A DNA stretch of 39,229 nt from an uncultured Lachnospiraceae bacterium (lineage in GTDB: Bacteria; Bacillota; Clostridia; Lachnospirales; Lachnospiraceae): the NCBI GenBank assembly GCA_900313955.1, contig OMTP01000187.1, forward strand, positions 1 through 39,229, in the 5' to 3' direction. This document shows, in pieces, positions 9,085 through 17,950 of this stretch (its first letter is position 1; the number at the start of each line of letters is the position of its first letter). Both the position numbers and the translations under genes were made by a program. Below the pieces are notes generated by a model. It was not told the origin of the DNA. It searched no databases and worked only from the letters and a program-made list of their open reading frames with translations.

Positions 9085-10278
9085 ATGGATACGTCATCCT
9101 GGGATTCCCTCTTCGGACAGATGAGGGAGGAACTCATGGACCGCCTCGAATCCATGGGCAACATTTCCGATGAGGAGGTAAAAGGACTCATTGATGCCAT
9201 GCTGCTCTCCCGCAGCAGCCGCCTTCCCATCAACACCAGAGTCCGTCTCAGAAAAGAGCTGTTCAGCTCCGTGCGCCGTCTGGATGTCCTGCAGGAGCTG
9301 ATCGATGACCGCGACATCACGGAGATCATGGTCAATGGGCCGGATAAGATCTTCTACGAAAAAGCAGGAAAAACCGTGCTTTGGGACAGAAAGTTCGCCT
9401 CCGAGGAAAAACTTCTCGATGTCATTTCTGAAATCGTCGGCCGCTGCAACAGAGTCGTCAATGAGCGCTCTCCCATCGTCGACGCCCGTCTCATGGACGG
9501 CAGCCGTGTCAATGCCGTCATTTCTCCCGCGGCCTTAAACGGACCCATTCTGACAATCAGAAAGTTCCCGGACAAACCATTTACCATGGACACCCTGATC
9601 CGGTGCGGGACAATCACTGAGGAAGCCGCTCATTTTCTTCAGAAGATGGTCGCCGCCGGCTACTCGATTGTCATCGGAGGCGGCACCTCCGCGGGAAAGA
9701 CCACCTTTCTCAACGCCCTCTCCAGCTTTATCCCAGTCGAAGAGCGCATCATCACAATTGAGGACAATGCCGAGCTGCAGATTCAGGGCATCAGCAATCT
9801 TGTCCGCCTTGAGAGCAAGAAAGCCAACATGGAGGGTGCCACGGAGATCACCATCCGCGACCTCATCAAGTCCGCCCTCCGTATGCGGCCGGACCGCATC
9901 ATCGTGGGCGAGGTCCGCGGCGGCGAGGCGGTTGATATGCTGCAGGCCTTCAACACAGGCCACGACGGCAGCCTCTGCACCCTGCACGCAAACTCGACCA
10001 TGGACATGGTCTCCCGCCTCGAGATGATGGTTTTAATGGCCTTCCCCTTGCCGATCCCGGCCATCCGAAGGCAGATTGCCTCGGGCGTCGACCTCATGAT
10101 CCATCTGGGCCGCCTGTGCGACAGAAGCCGCCGGGTCCTGGAAATCGCGGAAGTGGACGGAATGAACGGCGAAGACGTCGCCATGCATCCCATTTTCACC
10201 TTCAGCGACGACGAGGAGCGCCTGATCAAAACGGGCGACCTCAAAAACACCCGAAAAATGAGGAGGAAAGGCCTATGA
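9085..10278 (+). CDS. tadA: CpaF/TadA pilus assembly ATPase
   Basis: EIMVNG, VDARLMDGSRVNAV, GGTSAGKTT, TIEDNAEL, LRMRPDRIIVGEVRG, NTGHDG; ATG 9085 has better RBS spacing than GTG 9076. Confidence 0.95.
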   Translation: MDTSSWDSLFGQMREELMDRLESMGNISDEEVKGLIDAMLLSRSSRLPINTRVRLRKELFSSVRRLDVLQELIDDRDITEIMVNGPDKIFYEKAGKTVLWDRKFASEEKLLDVISEIVGRCNRVVNERSPIVDARLMDGSRVNAVISPAALNGPILTIRKFPDKPFTMDTLIRCGTITEEAAHFLQKMVAAGYSIVIGGGTSAGKTTFLNALSSFIPVEERIITIEDNAELQIQGISNLVRLESKKANMEGATEITIRDLIKSALRMRPDRIIVGEVRGGEAVDMLQAFNTGHDGSLCTLHANSTMDMVSRLEMMVLMAFPLPIPAIRRQIASGVDLMIHLGRLCDRSRRVLEIAEVDGMNGEDVAMHPIFTFSDDEERLIKTGDLKNTRKMRRKGL

Positions 10279-11039
10279 AGAAGAAATCTTCGGAACGCCG
10301 CATCAACTACAGCACCTGGACATGGACGAAAGGGGAGCTCTTCACCGCGATTTTGTCCGGCGCGGGTCTTGTCTCCCTGATCGACTGGCTTTTCTACCGG
10401 AGCCTTGTTCTTCTCCCCTTCCTCTCCCCCTTTGTCCTTGTCTGGGTCCGCCTGATCAGAAAGGACAAAATTGCCCGGCGCAAGGAGCAGTTGAATGCCG
10501 ACTTCCAGGTCGCCCTCCACTCCCTCGCCATGTCCCTCAAGGCCGGCTATTCTGTAGAAAATGCTTTTCCCCAGGCGGCTCAGGATCTGCGCATGCTGGT
10601 CGGTGAAAATGCTCCTATGTACCTGGAGTTCCGCTGGATCACCTCCCAGATCTCCATTCGGGTTCCCCCCGACACCCTCGTCTCGGACTTTGCCGTCCGC
10701 TCCGGCGTCGAGGATATTGAAAATTTCGCTGAAGTCTTTGCCTGCGCCCGCAAGAGCGGCGGCAACCTGGCGGCTGTCCTGCAGAACACGGCCGACGTCA
10801 TTGAGAGCAAGATCGAGACAGAGAAAGCCATCGCCTCCACCCTGGCCTCCAGGCAGTTTGAGCAGCGCATTATGAGCGTCATGCCCGCAGGCATCATCCT
10901 CTACATGCGCCTTGCTTCCCCCGGTTACCTCGACTGCCTCTACGGCAATGCTTTCGGTGTCATCATCATGACTCTCTGTCTCACCGTCTACATCCTGGCC
11001 ATCCTGTGGAGTCAACGCCTGGTGCACATCGAAATCTGA
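10275..11039 (+). CDS. tadB: TadB-like T2SS-F domain membrane protein
   Basis: SLKAGYSVENAF and SGGNL motifs, TM segments; ATG 10275 with RBS AGGAGG overlapping tadA stop. Confidence 0.88.
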   Translation: MKKKSSERRINYSTWTWTKGELFTAILSGAGLVSLIDWLFYRSLVLLPFLSPFVLVWVRLIRKDKIARRKEQLNADFQVALHSLAMSLKAGYSVENAFPQAAQDLRMLVGENAPMYLEFRWITSQISIRVPPDTLVSDFAVRSGVEDIENFAEVFACARKSGGNLAAVLQNTADVIESKIETEKAIASTLASRQFEQRIMSVMPAGIILYMRLASPGYLDCLYGNAFGVIIMTLCLTVYILAILWSQRLVHIEI

Positions 11040-11060
11040 GGAAAGAAGGGTGATTCTCTT

Positions 11061-12389
11061 ATGAAATATCAGCTCTACCTGATCGGCCTCATCGCCTTTG
11101 CCGTCCTCTTTCTCCTTTCCCGCGGCACCTTCGCATCTTCCGCCCACTTCCTGTCAAAAAAGATTCCCCATCTGTCCGAGCTCACCAGTGAAACTATGCT
11201 GAAAAATGCGCTCATGCTTCTCTTTGTCTTTCATCTTCTGGGACTTCTGGCCGCCTATGCGAGTGCAAATGGAGACACTGCCTCCGCCGGCTACATCGTC
11301 CGCAACGAGCACGGCATGGGTGAGAGCTCTAAGACCCTGATCATGGAAAAAGACGGGAAGGAAGAGCCGGTGCGCGTCAGACTTCCCGAGCGGGAGCTGA
11401 GTGAAAAAGAGACAAAACACGATCTGAAGGAGGCCTCCGACCGGCTGCCTTCCCTTGTCCTCGGAGGCATGCCCGCCTCCCACGTCGACGGGGATCTCAA
11501 TTTTCCCGAGAGCATCGACGACCTCTACGCAGAGATCACTTATATGACAAGTGACCCGGATCTTGTGGACTGGAACGGCGCTCTGGGAGAAAGCATTCCC
11601 AAAGAGGGCGCGTCCGTCATCATTACCGCCAAAATCACTGTCGGCGATGCCTCCAGAGAAAAAGAACTTGCCCTGACTGTCTTTCCGGAAAAACTCTCGC
11701 GGGCGGGTACGCTTGCCAAAACTGTCAACTCCTGGATCAGCGCCAACAACGATGAGACCAGAAGCCGCGTCAGCCTTCCCTCCACTCTGGATGGGGAAGA
11801 CGTCTCCTGGTCACAGAAATCTGACAACCGGGGTCCCTGGATTCTGACCCTGGGCTGGCTCTCTTTCAGTCTTCTCCTCTACTCAGAACACGAGAAGCAC
11901 AAAAAAGAGCAGGCAGATGTCAACCGCCTGCTTCTCATCGACTACCCCTATATCGTCAGCCGTTTCTCTCTTCTCCTCGAGGCCGGGCTCTCCCTCAAGC
12001 GGGCGCTGGGGCAGATCACAAAGCGCTACCTGAAAAGCCTGAGGTCCGGAGGCGAGAAACGTCCCGGCTTTGAGCTTCTCATAAAGGCCCAGGAAGCCAT
12101 GAGTCACGGCGAGTCCGAGCTCGCCGCCTACAGAGAGATCGGCCGAGCCACGGATCTCATGGAATACAAGAACTTCTCCAACCTCCTCGTCCAGAACCTG
12201 ACTCTGGGCGGCCGCGAAATGCTGGTCCTCATGCGCAAAGAAGCCGACCGCTCCCTTATGGACAGGAGAGCCCGCGCCGGCGTCCTGGGAGATGAAGCCG
12301 GAACCAAGCTGCTCTTCCCAATGATGCTTCTTCTCGGCGTCGTCATGGCCATTCTCATGGTGCCGGCTATGCTATCCTTTGGCGTGTGA
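11061..12389 (+). CDS. tadC: TadC-like T2SS-F protein with large extracellular insert
   Basis: DYPYIVSRFSLLLEAGL and GDEAGTKLLFPM motifs; about 190-aa beta-rich region between TMs. Confidence 0.82.
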   Translation: MKYQLYLIGLIAFAVLFLLSRGTFASSAHFLSKKIPHLSELTSETMLKNALMLLFVFHLLGLLAAYASANGDTASAGYIVRNEHGMGESSKTLIMEKDGKEEPVRVRLPERELSEKETKHDLKEASDRLPSLVLGGMPASHVDGDLNFPESIDDLYAEITYMTSDPDLVDWNGALGESIPKEGASVIITAKITVGDASREKELALTVFPEKLSRAGTLAKTVNSWISANNDETRSRVSLPSTLDGEDVSWSQKSDNRGPWILTLGWLSFSLLLYSEHEKHKKEQADVNRLLLIDYPYIVSRFSLLLEAGLSLKRALGQITKRYLKSLRSGGEKRPGFELLIKAQEAMSHGESELAAYREIGRATDLMEYKNFSNLLVQNLTLGGREMLVLMRKEADRSLMDRRARAGVLGDEAGTKLLFPMMLLLGVVMAILMVPAMLSFGV

Positions 12390-12391
12390 CA

Positions 12392-12458
12392 GGACCAAAA
12401 GGGACGGTTCCGATGGTTCCATCTGAAGGGGGATCGTCAGAACCGTCCCTTTTCGTCC
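12392..12458. repeat. REP-like palindrome and probable bidirectional terminator
   Basis: AAAAGGGACGGTTC...GAACCGTCCCTTTT stem between convergent genes. Confidence 0.75.
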
Positions 12459-12464
12459 AGACCC

Positions 12465-13124
12465 TTACCTTTTTCTGTTTTTCTTTGTGTTCGACTGCGA
12501 AGCCGCTTTGTCGCTCTTGCGATGGGCTTCCCCCTTCATCTTCACGCACTCGGCCTCTGCTTTCTCTTTCAGCTTCGCAGCTTCCGCTGCCGCCTCCTCT
12601 TTTCTCTTCGCGCACTCGGCCTCTGTCTCCTCCCTCATGGTTTTACAGGATGCCTCTGCTTCCTCTTTTCGCTTCTCGCATGCAGCCTCAGTCTCTTCTT
12701 TCATTTTCCTGCAGGCTTCTTCGGTCTCTTCTTTTCTCTTCGCGCACTCAGTCTCCGTCTCTTCCTTCATGGCCCGGATATTTTCCAGATACTGATCGGC
12801 TGTCTCCTGCGCCTTTTCGTAGACTTTGTTGACGGAGAGCGCAGCCTCGGCCAGACTGCCCGCCTTGTCGATTCTGATTTTGCGGTCCTTAAGCTCAGCG
12901 CGGGCTTCCGTCAGCTCCTTCTCGAGCTGCTCTCTCTCCTGACTCTCCATGACCAGAAGCTCAAGGAGCTGAGCCCGGGTCAGCCTCCTCATCCCCTCCC
13001 GTTCATCTTCCGATACGGTGGATGCAGCATTTTCTTCAGTCTCCGGATTGCCGGCCTCGACCTTATCCTTCTTGATCGCCTTTGTCAGATTTTTCCATGA
13101 AACTGCCATTTTTCCCTCCATCAC
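12465..13124 (-). CDS. Coiled-coil protein with seven 11-aa repeats
   Basis: LTRAQLLELL...AGSLAEAAL..N.V...AQ..ADQYL core followed by KEETExxCxKR/M repeats; start uncertain by a few codons. Confidence 0.75.
   Translation of the reverse strand: MMEGKMAVSWKNLTKAIKKDKVEAGNPETEENAASTVSEDEREGMRRLTRAQLLELLVMESQEREQLEKELTEARAELKDRKIRIDKAGSLAEAALSVNKVYEKAQETADQYLENIRAMKEETETECAKRKEETEEACRKMKEETEAACEKRKEEAEASCKTMREETEAECAKRKEEAAAEAAKLKEKAEAECVKMKGEAHRKSDKAASQSNTKKNRKR
12537..12767 (-). repeat. 33-bp coding tandem repeat, about 7 units
   Basis: KEETETECAKR, KEETEEACRKM, KEETEAACEKR, KEEAEASCKTM, REETEAECAKR, KEEAAAEAAKL, KEKAEAECVKM. Confidence 0.85.
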
Positions 13125-13735
13125 TTTTTTCTGCTGCAGGAAACCAGGTAAGCGCGCCCCATGGATTTCTCACAGAAAAGATTTAAATCTGTCGGATTCA
13201 TCTGGGACTCCTCGATGGTGCCCGATGTCTCGACGGTAAACGCAGTCGTCGTTCCATAGACATCCGTAAAAAGGATTTCATCTCCCACGGCGACATTCTC
13301 AAGTTCCTTAAACATGCCGTCTTCGTCAGCACCCATAATGGTGCAGGAACCACCCGACGGCGTCCCGGAAATAAGGCAGGGCAGAACCTTGCCTGTCCCG
13401 CCGATATCTTCGACGACCCAGCTCATATCCCTGCCCTTAACCCGAAGGAGACCGACGCAGGAGTGACCGTCGAGCTCCAGAGTTGCAAGAGACGTCTCTG
13501 CCGGCTCCGAATCGGTATCCTCCTCAGCCGCCTGTGTTGCGCTTTCGACGTCAGCAAAAGGCACTCTCTCCCTGAAAGCCTTCTCGATCTCCGACGCCGA
13601 AGATCCGCTCTCCCGGCTCCCCACCTGTATTCTGATAAAAAAGCCAAGGGCGACACAGACGGCCACCACTCCGAGCAGGATAATGATGCCCGACGCGCTG
13701 ATCTTCCTTTTCTTTTCTTTCTTATCTGATTTCAT
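13121..13735 (-). CDS. Sortase-fold membrane protein with degenerate active site
   Basis: N-terminal TM anchor, then DG...VGLL, PC..SG, F..L.....GDEI.FTD.YG and DLNLF pattern typical of sortases; catalytic His absent. Confidence 0.65.
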   Translation of the reverse strand: MKSDKKEKKRKISASGIIILLGVVAVCVALGFFIRIQVGSRESGSSASEIEKAFRERVPFADVESATQAAEEDTDSEPAETSLATLELDGHSCVGLLRVKGRDMSWVVEDIGGTGKVLPCLISGTPSGGSCTIMGADEDGMFKELENVAVGDEILFTDVYGTTTAFTVETSGTIEESQMNPTDLNLFCEKSMGRAYLVSCSRKK

Positions 13736-13960
13736 AAGATTTTCCCCTGTTCCCAACAATTTCTTCCTTATAATGAAATAGTATAGCTTTTTTCCCTGCA
13801 TCTGTCCACGCGCCCGTGGTCACATGGAGAGGAAAATATCAATTTTTCTTCTTGTCAAAGTGACGAAATTAATCTGAACCTCTTGCAACTTGTCTGAAGA
13901 AATAGTAAACTCAAGATACCAGAGTAGCGGTTTTTGTCGGCATGAACGAGGGCAAAATCT

Positions 13961-15571
13961 ATGATGAATATCTTTAAAAAGAAAGTAAGCAAAAAAGTTT
14001 CCGCAATTGTGATCTCCATAGCCTGTATCGGAGCACTTTCTGCCGAAGGCATTATGGTAGGCGCAGCGGATAAAGAATTCGAGGAGATCTTTGCGGAGTC
14101 CTCGACGGAATACGCCAGCGGCGGAGCTGCAGATACCACCTCCATCGCAACGGGCGCTGTATCTGAGGACGAGGCGGCAGCCTACATCCGCGGTCAGCTC
14201 ATGTCCAGAAGTCAGGAGATTCACGTCACCTTCAAGGCGGATGACGATTTTAAGGCCGTGGCCAGCAGAGCTGATGTTGACGCTCAGACGCAGGCAGGTG
14301 CAGACACTCTGTATGAAGTTCTGGGAAATAAAGTCTATGCCTATAGTGGCGAGAGCGGCACTGGCGATGAATTGAGAAATGTCATTGATTCGTGCGAGAA
14401 TAAGACCATCAACCTGGAAGCCCAGGGCGATGACCTCTATGCCGAGATAGATATGCCTGATATCCAGTACAGAACAACGACGGAACAGGATATCGAATAC
14501 AGTGCAAAGCTGAATCAGGTACTCCCCACACTGCAGCTCGAGCAGATGACCGACTACAACAAGGTCAAGACCATCTACGAATATATTACCTCCCATGTCA
14601 CCTACGACAAGGCTCATGAAAATGATGAGAGCTATGCGCTTCAGTACACAGGCTACGGTGCTTTATGCAAGGGGACTGCCGTATGTGAAGGCTATGCTTC
14701 TCTCTTCTACCGCATGTGCACGATGAAGGGGCTCGACTGCCGCATCATCTTTGGCAAGGCGGATACAACCGAGGGCAAGGAAGCTCATGCATGGAATCTG
14801 GTTCGTGTTGACGGCAGGTATTATTACTGTGATGCTACATGGGACGCCGGCTCCACGGATGACAATTTCGACTGGTTCCTCATCGGATCCAATCACTTCA
14901 CAGGCCACGAGCCTGATGCGAATTCGGCGTCCTTCCTCAGCCAGTACCCGATCTCCACAACGGATGACCCTGAAGTTCAGGTGGGTACAGCCACAGAGAG
15001 CGGAACAACCGGTCTCTCCGAGGGCCAGACAACAGCAGGCAGCTTCACCGACGTCAAGGCCAACGCCTACTACGCAGCATCCGTCGACTGGGCCGTCAGC
15101 CGCGGCATCACAAGCGGCAAGACAGCAACAACCTTCGGTACCAATGACACCTGCACAAGGGGCCAGCTGGTCACCTTCCTCTACAGATTAAACGGAAGCC
15201 CGGCAGTCGACGGAACCAGCGAATTTGCAGATGCCCAGAGCGGCAGCTACAAGGACGCCATCACCTGGGCCGTCTCCCAGAGGATCGCAAGCGGCACAAG
15301 CGACACGACATTCAGCCCATCCGCGGGAATCAATCGTGCACAGGCTGTCGCCATCCTGTGGAGAGCAGCAGGAAGTCCCGACGTCACGTCCACAGCGGCA
15401 TTTGCAGACGTCAAGAGTGACGCCTACTACGCAAAGGCAGTTGCATGGGCAGCTTCCCAGGGTATCTCAAGTGGTACAGACGTCAGTCATTTTTCACCGA
15501 ATGCCTCTCTCACAAGAGCCCAGACCGTAACTCTCCTCAATAAATTCGCAGGGGTCATGGGAATGCAGTAA
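13961..15571 (+). CDS. Secreted transglutaminase-like protein with three C-terminal SLH domains
   Basis: Signal peptide; Cys-His-Asp triad VCEGYA, HAWN, DATWD; three SLH repeats FxD...WA...GI.SG...F...TRGQ/NRAQ/TRAQ. Confidence 0.92.
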   Translation: MMNIFKKKVSKKVSAIVISIACIGALSAEGIMVGAADKEFEEIFAESSTEYASGGAADTTSIATGAVSEDEAAAYIRGQLMSRSQEIHVTFKADDDFKAVASRADVDAQTQAGADTLYEVLGNKVYAYSGESGTGDELRNVIDSCENKTINLEAQGDDLYAEIDMPDIQYRTTTEQDIEYSAKLNQVLPTLQLEQMTDYNKVKTIYEYITSHVTYDKAHENDESYALQYTGYGALCKGTAVCEGYASLFYRMCTMKGLDCRIIFGKADTTEGKEAHAWNLVRVDGRYYYCDATWDAGSTDDNFDWFLIGSNHFTGHEPDANSASFLSQYPISTTDDPEVQVGTATESGTTGLSEGQTTAGSFTDVKANAYYAASVDWAVSRGITSGKTATTFGTNDTCTRGQLVTFLYRLNGSPAVDGTSEFADAQSGSYKDAITWAVSQRIASGTSDTTFSPSAGINRAQAVAILWRAAGSPDVTSTAAFADVKSDAYYAKAVAWAASQGISSGTDVSHFSPNASLTRAQTVTLLNKFAGVMGMQ

Positions 15572-15591
15572 AAAGAACGAAAGCGCACTAT

Positions 15592-15625
15592 AAAAAGAGC
15601 AGGAGCAAAACTCCTGCTCTTTTTT
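15592..15625 (+). terminator. Intrinsic terminator, probably bidirectional
   Basis: AAAAAGAGCAGGAG-CAAAA-CTCCTGCTCTTTTTT perfect stem with T tract. Confidence 0.9.
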
Positions 15626-15641
15626 GACCCAGTGAATCCCC

Positions 15642-15693
15642 GGGGACGCAGCAACTGCCTTCGCTTATATGTGCCGGCAGCGGCTGCGTCCCC
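15642..15693. repeat. REP-like palindrome
   Basis: GGGGACGCAGC...GCTGCGTCCCC followed by ATGCC, same family as 1037-1094. Confidence 0.65.
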
Positions 15694-15699
15694 ATGCCC

Positions 15700-17055
15700 T
15701 CAGACGTTCCTGAAGGTCAGGGTGACTCGGAAGGTATCGCAACCGTTCTCTATGGTGCATGTTCCGTGCATAACGTCCATCATCTTGCGGATGTTCATGA
15801 GGCCGACGTGGCTGCTGTCCGCATGGAAGGAACCGTGGCGGATGACATTTTCAAAAATAAGACCGGAACAGCCCTCTTTCGATGCATCTGTGGAAATGAT
15901 GACCCTGCTCTCTCTGGGAGCGTACTTTTCTATATTGGAGACGATGTTATCGAGAAGGCGGGGGATGTAGTCGTCATAGACGATCACTTTCGTGCGGTTC
16001 CAGTTGGCGTGGGTCTCCACGTGGAAGCCCCGTCCCTCCAGATAGAGGGTCATGTCGGACAGGGCATCGTAAAAGACGTCCTGAAAGGGGTGTGTGGAGA
16101 GGGGCACTTCGTTCTCTGTCCCTCCGATGAGGGCGTACTCAAAGAGATGATCGGTCAGGGACTTCATCTGATGGGACTTTCGGCTGATGCGGGCGATGTA
16201 GTCCCACATCTGCTCCTCGCTCTCAAACTTGCCCTTCTGCAAAAGATCCGTATAGAGAATAATTGATGTGAGAGGGGTTCTCAGGTCGTGGGACATCTCC
16301 GCCACCATGCGGGAGCTGGCCGCGTAGAGGTCGGACTCCTCCCTGAACTGATCCTGAAGAGCCTTCCGCATGCCATTGATGGCACAGGCCAGATCGGCCA
16401 GCTCATCATTCCCCTTCACAGTGATCTCATAGGAGAGATCGCCTCCCTCCAGAATGGCAACCTCATCGCACATCGCCCGGATGTAATGAATGGCCCTGCG
16501 TATTCCCTTCAGCATAATCGCTATAAAGAGGATAAATGTCAGCACCAGGACCAGGATCTGCATATACGTGTAGGCACTGTAGCTGTAGGCTCCAAAAAGG
16601 TAGACATCGGCCTTGCCGTCCGCAAAATCCATGGTAAAGAGGTTCTCGTCTGGTGCCTCATCGACAATGGGATTACCTCCATCATCATATTCCTCATCGT
16701 ACATCTCACCGTGGCTGTCGCTCAGATCTCCCGTCACCCCCGTCACAGAATCATAGAGGACCTTTTTGCCGCGAATAACCCATATGCTCATGATGGAGTG
16801 CTGATTGATCCAGTCCTCAAACTTCTGCTGATCCGTCGCCTTCACCTGATTTTCGGAGACATACGCCTGCAGAAGATCGGCGTAGTGTCGGTTCATCCGC
16901 CCTTCGTAGTCCGTGGAGTTGTAGTAGTGCTCGACAATAAAAGTGCCAAGATAACTGGCGCCGAAATAAAAGGCCGTTCCAATCCCCATTGCAATGAGGA
17001 GAAGGAGCAGCATTTTTTTATAGAGAGAATTTGTCCTGGCTGCGATCTTTTTCAT
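15700..17055 (-). CDS. HAMP-domain sensor histidine kinase (TCS-1)
   Basis: Two TMs, HAMP (GNDELADLA..IN.M), H-box MSHDLRTPLT, N-box NIVSNIEKYA; start set at MKKIAART. Confidence 0.93.
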   Translation of the reverse strand: MKKIAARTNSLYKKMLLLLLIAMGIGTAFYFGASYLGTFIVEHYYNSTDYEGRMNRHYADLLQAYVSENQVKATDQQKFEDWINQHSIMSIWVIRGKKVLYDSVTGVTGDLSDSHGEMYDEEYDDGGNPIVDEAPDENLFTMDFADGKADVYLFGAYSYSAYTYMQILVLVLTFILFIAIMLKGIRRAIHYIRAMCDEVAILEGGDLSYEITVKGNDELADLACAINGMRKALQDQFREESDLYAASSRMVAEMSHDLRTPLTSIILYTDLLQKGKFESEEQMWDYIARISRKSHQMKSLTDHLFEYALIGGTENEVPLSTHPFQDVFYDALSDMTLYLEGRGFHVETHANWNRTKVIVYDDYIPRLLDNIVSNIEKYAPRESRVIISTDASKEGCSGLIFENVIRHGSFHADSSHVGLMNIRKMMDVMHGTCTIENGCDTFRVTLTFRNV

Positions 17056-17758
17056 AGCGATACCCTTTTCCCCAGATTGTCTTGATGCGGACGGGATTCT
17101 GGGGATCCTCCTCCACCTTGAGGCGCAGCTTCCGGATATGAACCATGATGGTATTGCTGCAGGCATACGTGTAGGGTTCATTCCAGACCAGCTCATAGAA
17201 CTGCTGGGCTGAAAATGTTCTGCCCGGATTTTTCATCATGAGAAGCAGCATCCGGTACTCATACTCCGGCAGGTCACAGGACTTGCCGTGGAAGGTCACC
17301 TCATTGATCTGTCTGTGGATGGACAGGTCTCCGTCCGTGATCCAGTCATCCTTCTGCATCTTTCCGGTGCCGCCCCCCTCTTTTCCCTGATAGACACAGT
17401 ACCTTCGAAGGAGGGCCTTGATGCGGCCCAGAAGTTCAGCGTAGGAAAATGGCTTTGGCAGGTAGTCGTCTCCTCCCGCCATAAGGCCGATCAGCTTGTC
17501 GGACTCCTGGGACCTGGCTGTCAAAAATAAAATGGGAACGTTGGATGTCTCCCTGATCTTCTCGCAGACCTCAAGTCCCGACATGCCGGGCAGCATGACG
17601 TCCAGGATGACGAGGTCTGTGTCCGGTGTCATTCCACTCAGTCCTTCTTCACCTGTTCCTGCTTCTTTCACTTCATAAGATTCGCTCGATAAAAGCTGGC
17701 GAATGCCCTCCCGGATGTCCGGGTCATCCTCCACCAGCAGAATTTTTTCTTTCGCCAT
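17018..17758 (-). CDS. OmpR-family response regulator (TCS-1)
   Basis: LVEDD, LDVMLP, FLTA, KPF; winged helix SNTIMVHIRKLR...KTIWGKGY. Confidence 0.96.
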   Translation of the reverse strand: MAKEKILLVEDDPDIREGIRQLLSSESYEVKEAGTGEEGLSGMTPDTDLVILDVMLPGMSGLEVCEKIRETSNVPILFLTARSQESDKLIGLMAGGDDYLPKPFSYAELLGRIKALLRRYCVYQGKEGGGTGKMQKDDWITDGDLSIHRQINEVTFHGKSCDLPEYEYRMLLLMMKNPGRTFSAQQFYELVWNEPYTYACSNTIMVHIRKLRLKVEEDPQNPVRIKTIWGKGYRYEKDRSQDKFSL

Positions 17759-17789
17759 AGTGCTATGCTACCTATTTCCTTCTTTTCTT

Positions 17790-17821
17790 GTAACTGTTCA
17801 GCAGGCCTGACGAACAGTTAC
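17790..17821. mobile_element. Internally deleted MITE (32-bp scar)
   Basis: GTAACTGTTCAGCAGGCCTGACGAA is identical to the start of the element at 39156 and is fused directly to the right end GAACAGTTAC. Confidence 0.75.
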
Positions 17822-17904
17822 AAAAAAATCTCCTCTATTCTGGCATGTATTCTTCCAACATACTCCAGTATAGGGGATAAATCTTAATCGTTTCTGATAC
17901 AAAC

Positions 17905-17920
17905 CTTAACAATTCTTAAC
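17905..17920 (-). promoter_or_regulatory. Putative OmpR-type tandem box upstream of TCS-1
   Basis: CTTAACAATTCTTAAC, one mismatch from the island box; minus-strand TATACT at 17867-17872. Confidence 0.65.
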
Positions 17921-17950
17921 AGAGGCCAAAAGATCCGTTCCTCTTGGTTC

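Noticed and set aside
12386-13100. Plus-strand ORFs after tadC (12386-12832, 12487-12795, 12522-13100) as possible pilins
   Set aside because: They are antisense shadows of the repeat-rich coiled-coil gene, with no class III signal peptide
15700-17758. vanRS or other named resistance TCS
   Set aside because: General OmpR/HisKA similarity only; no van ligase or D,D-peptidase genes nearby
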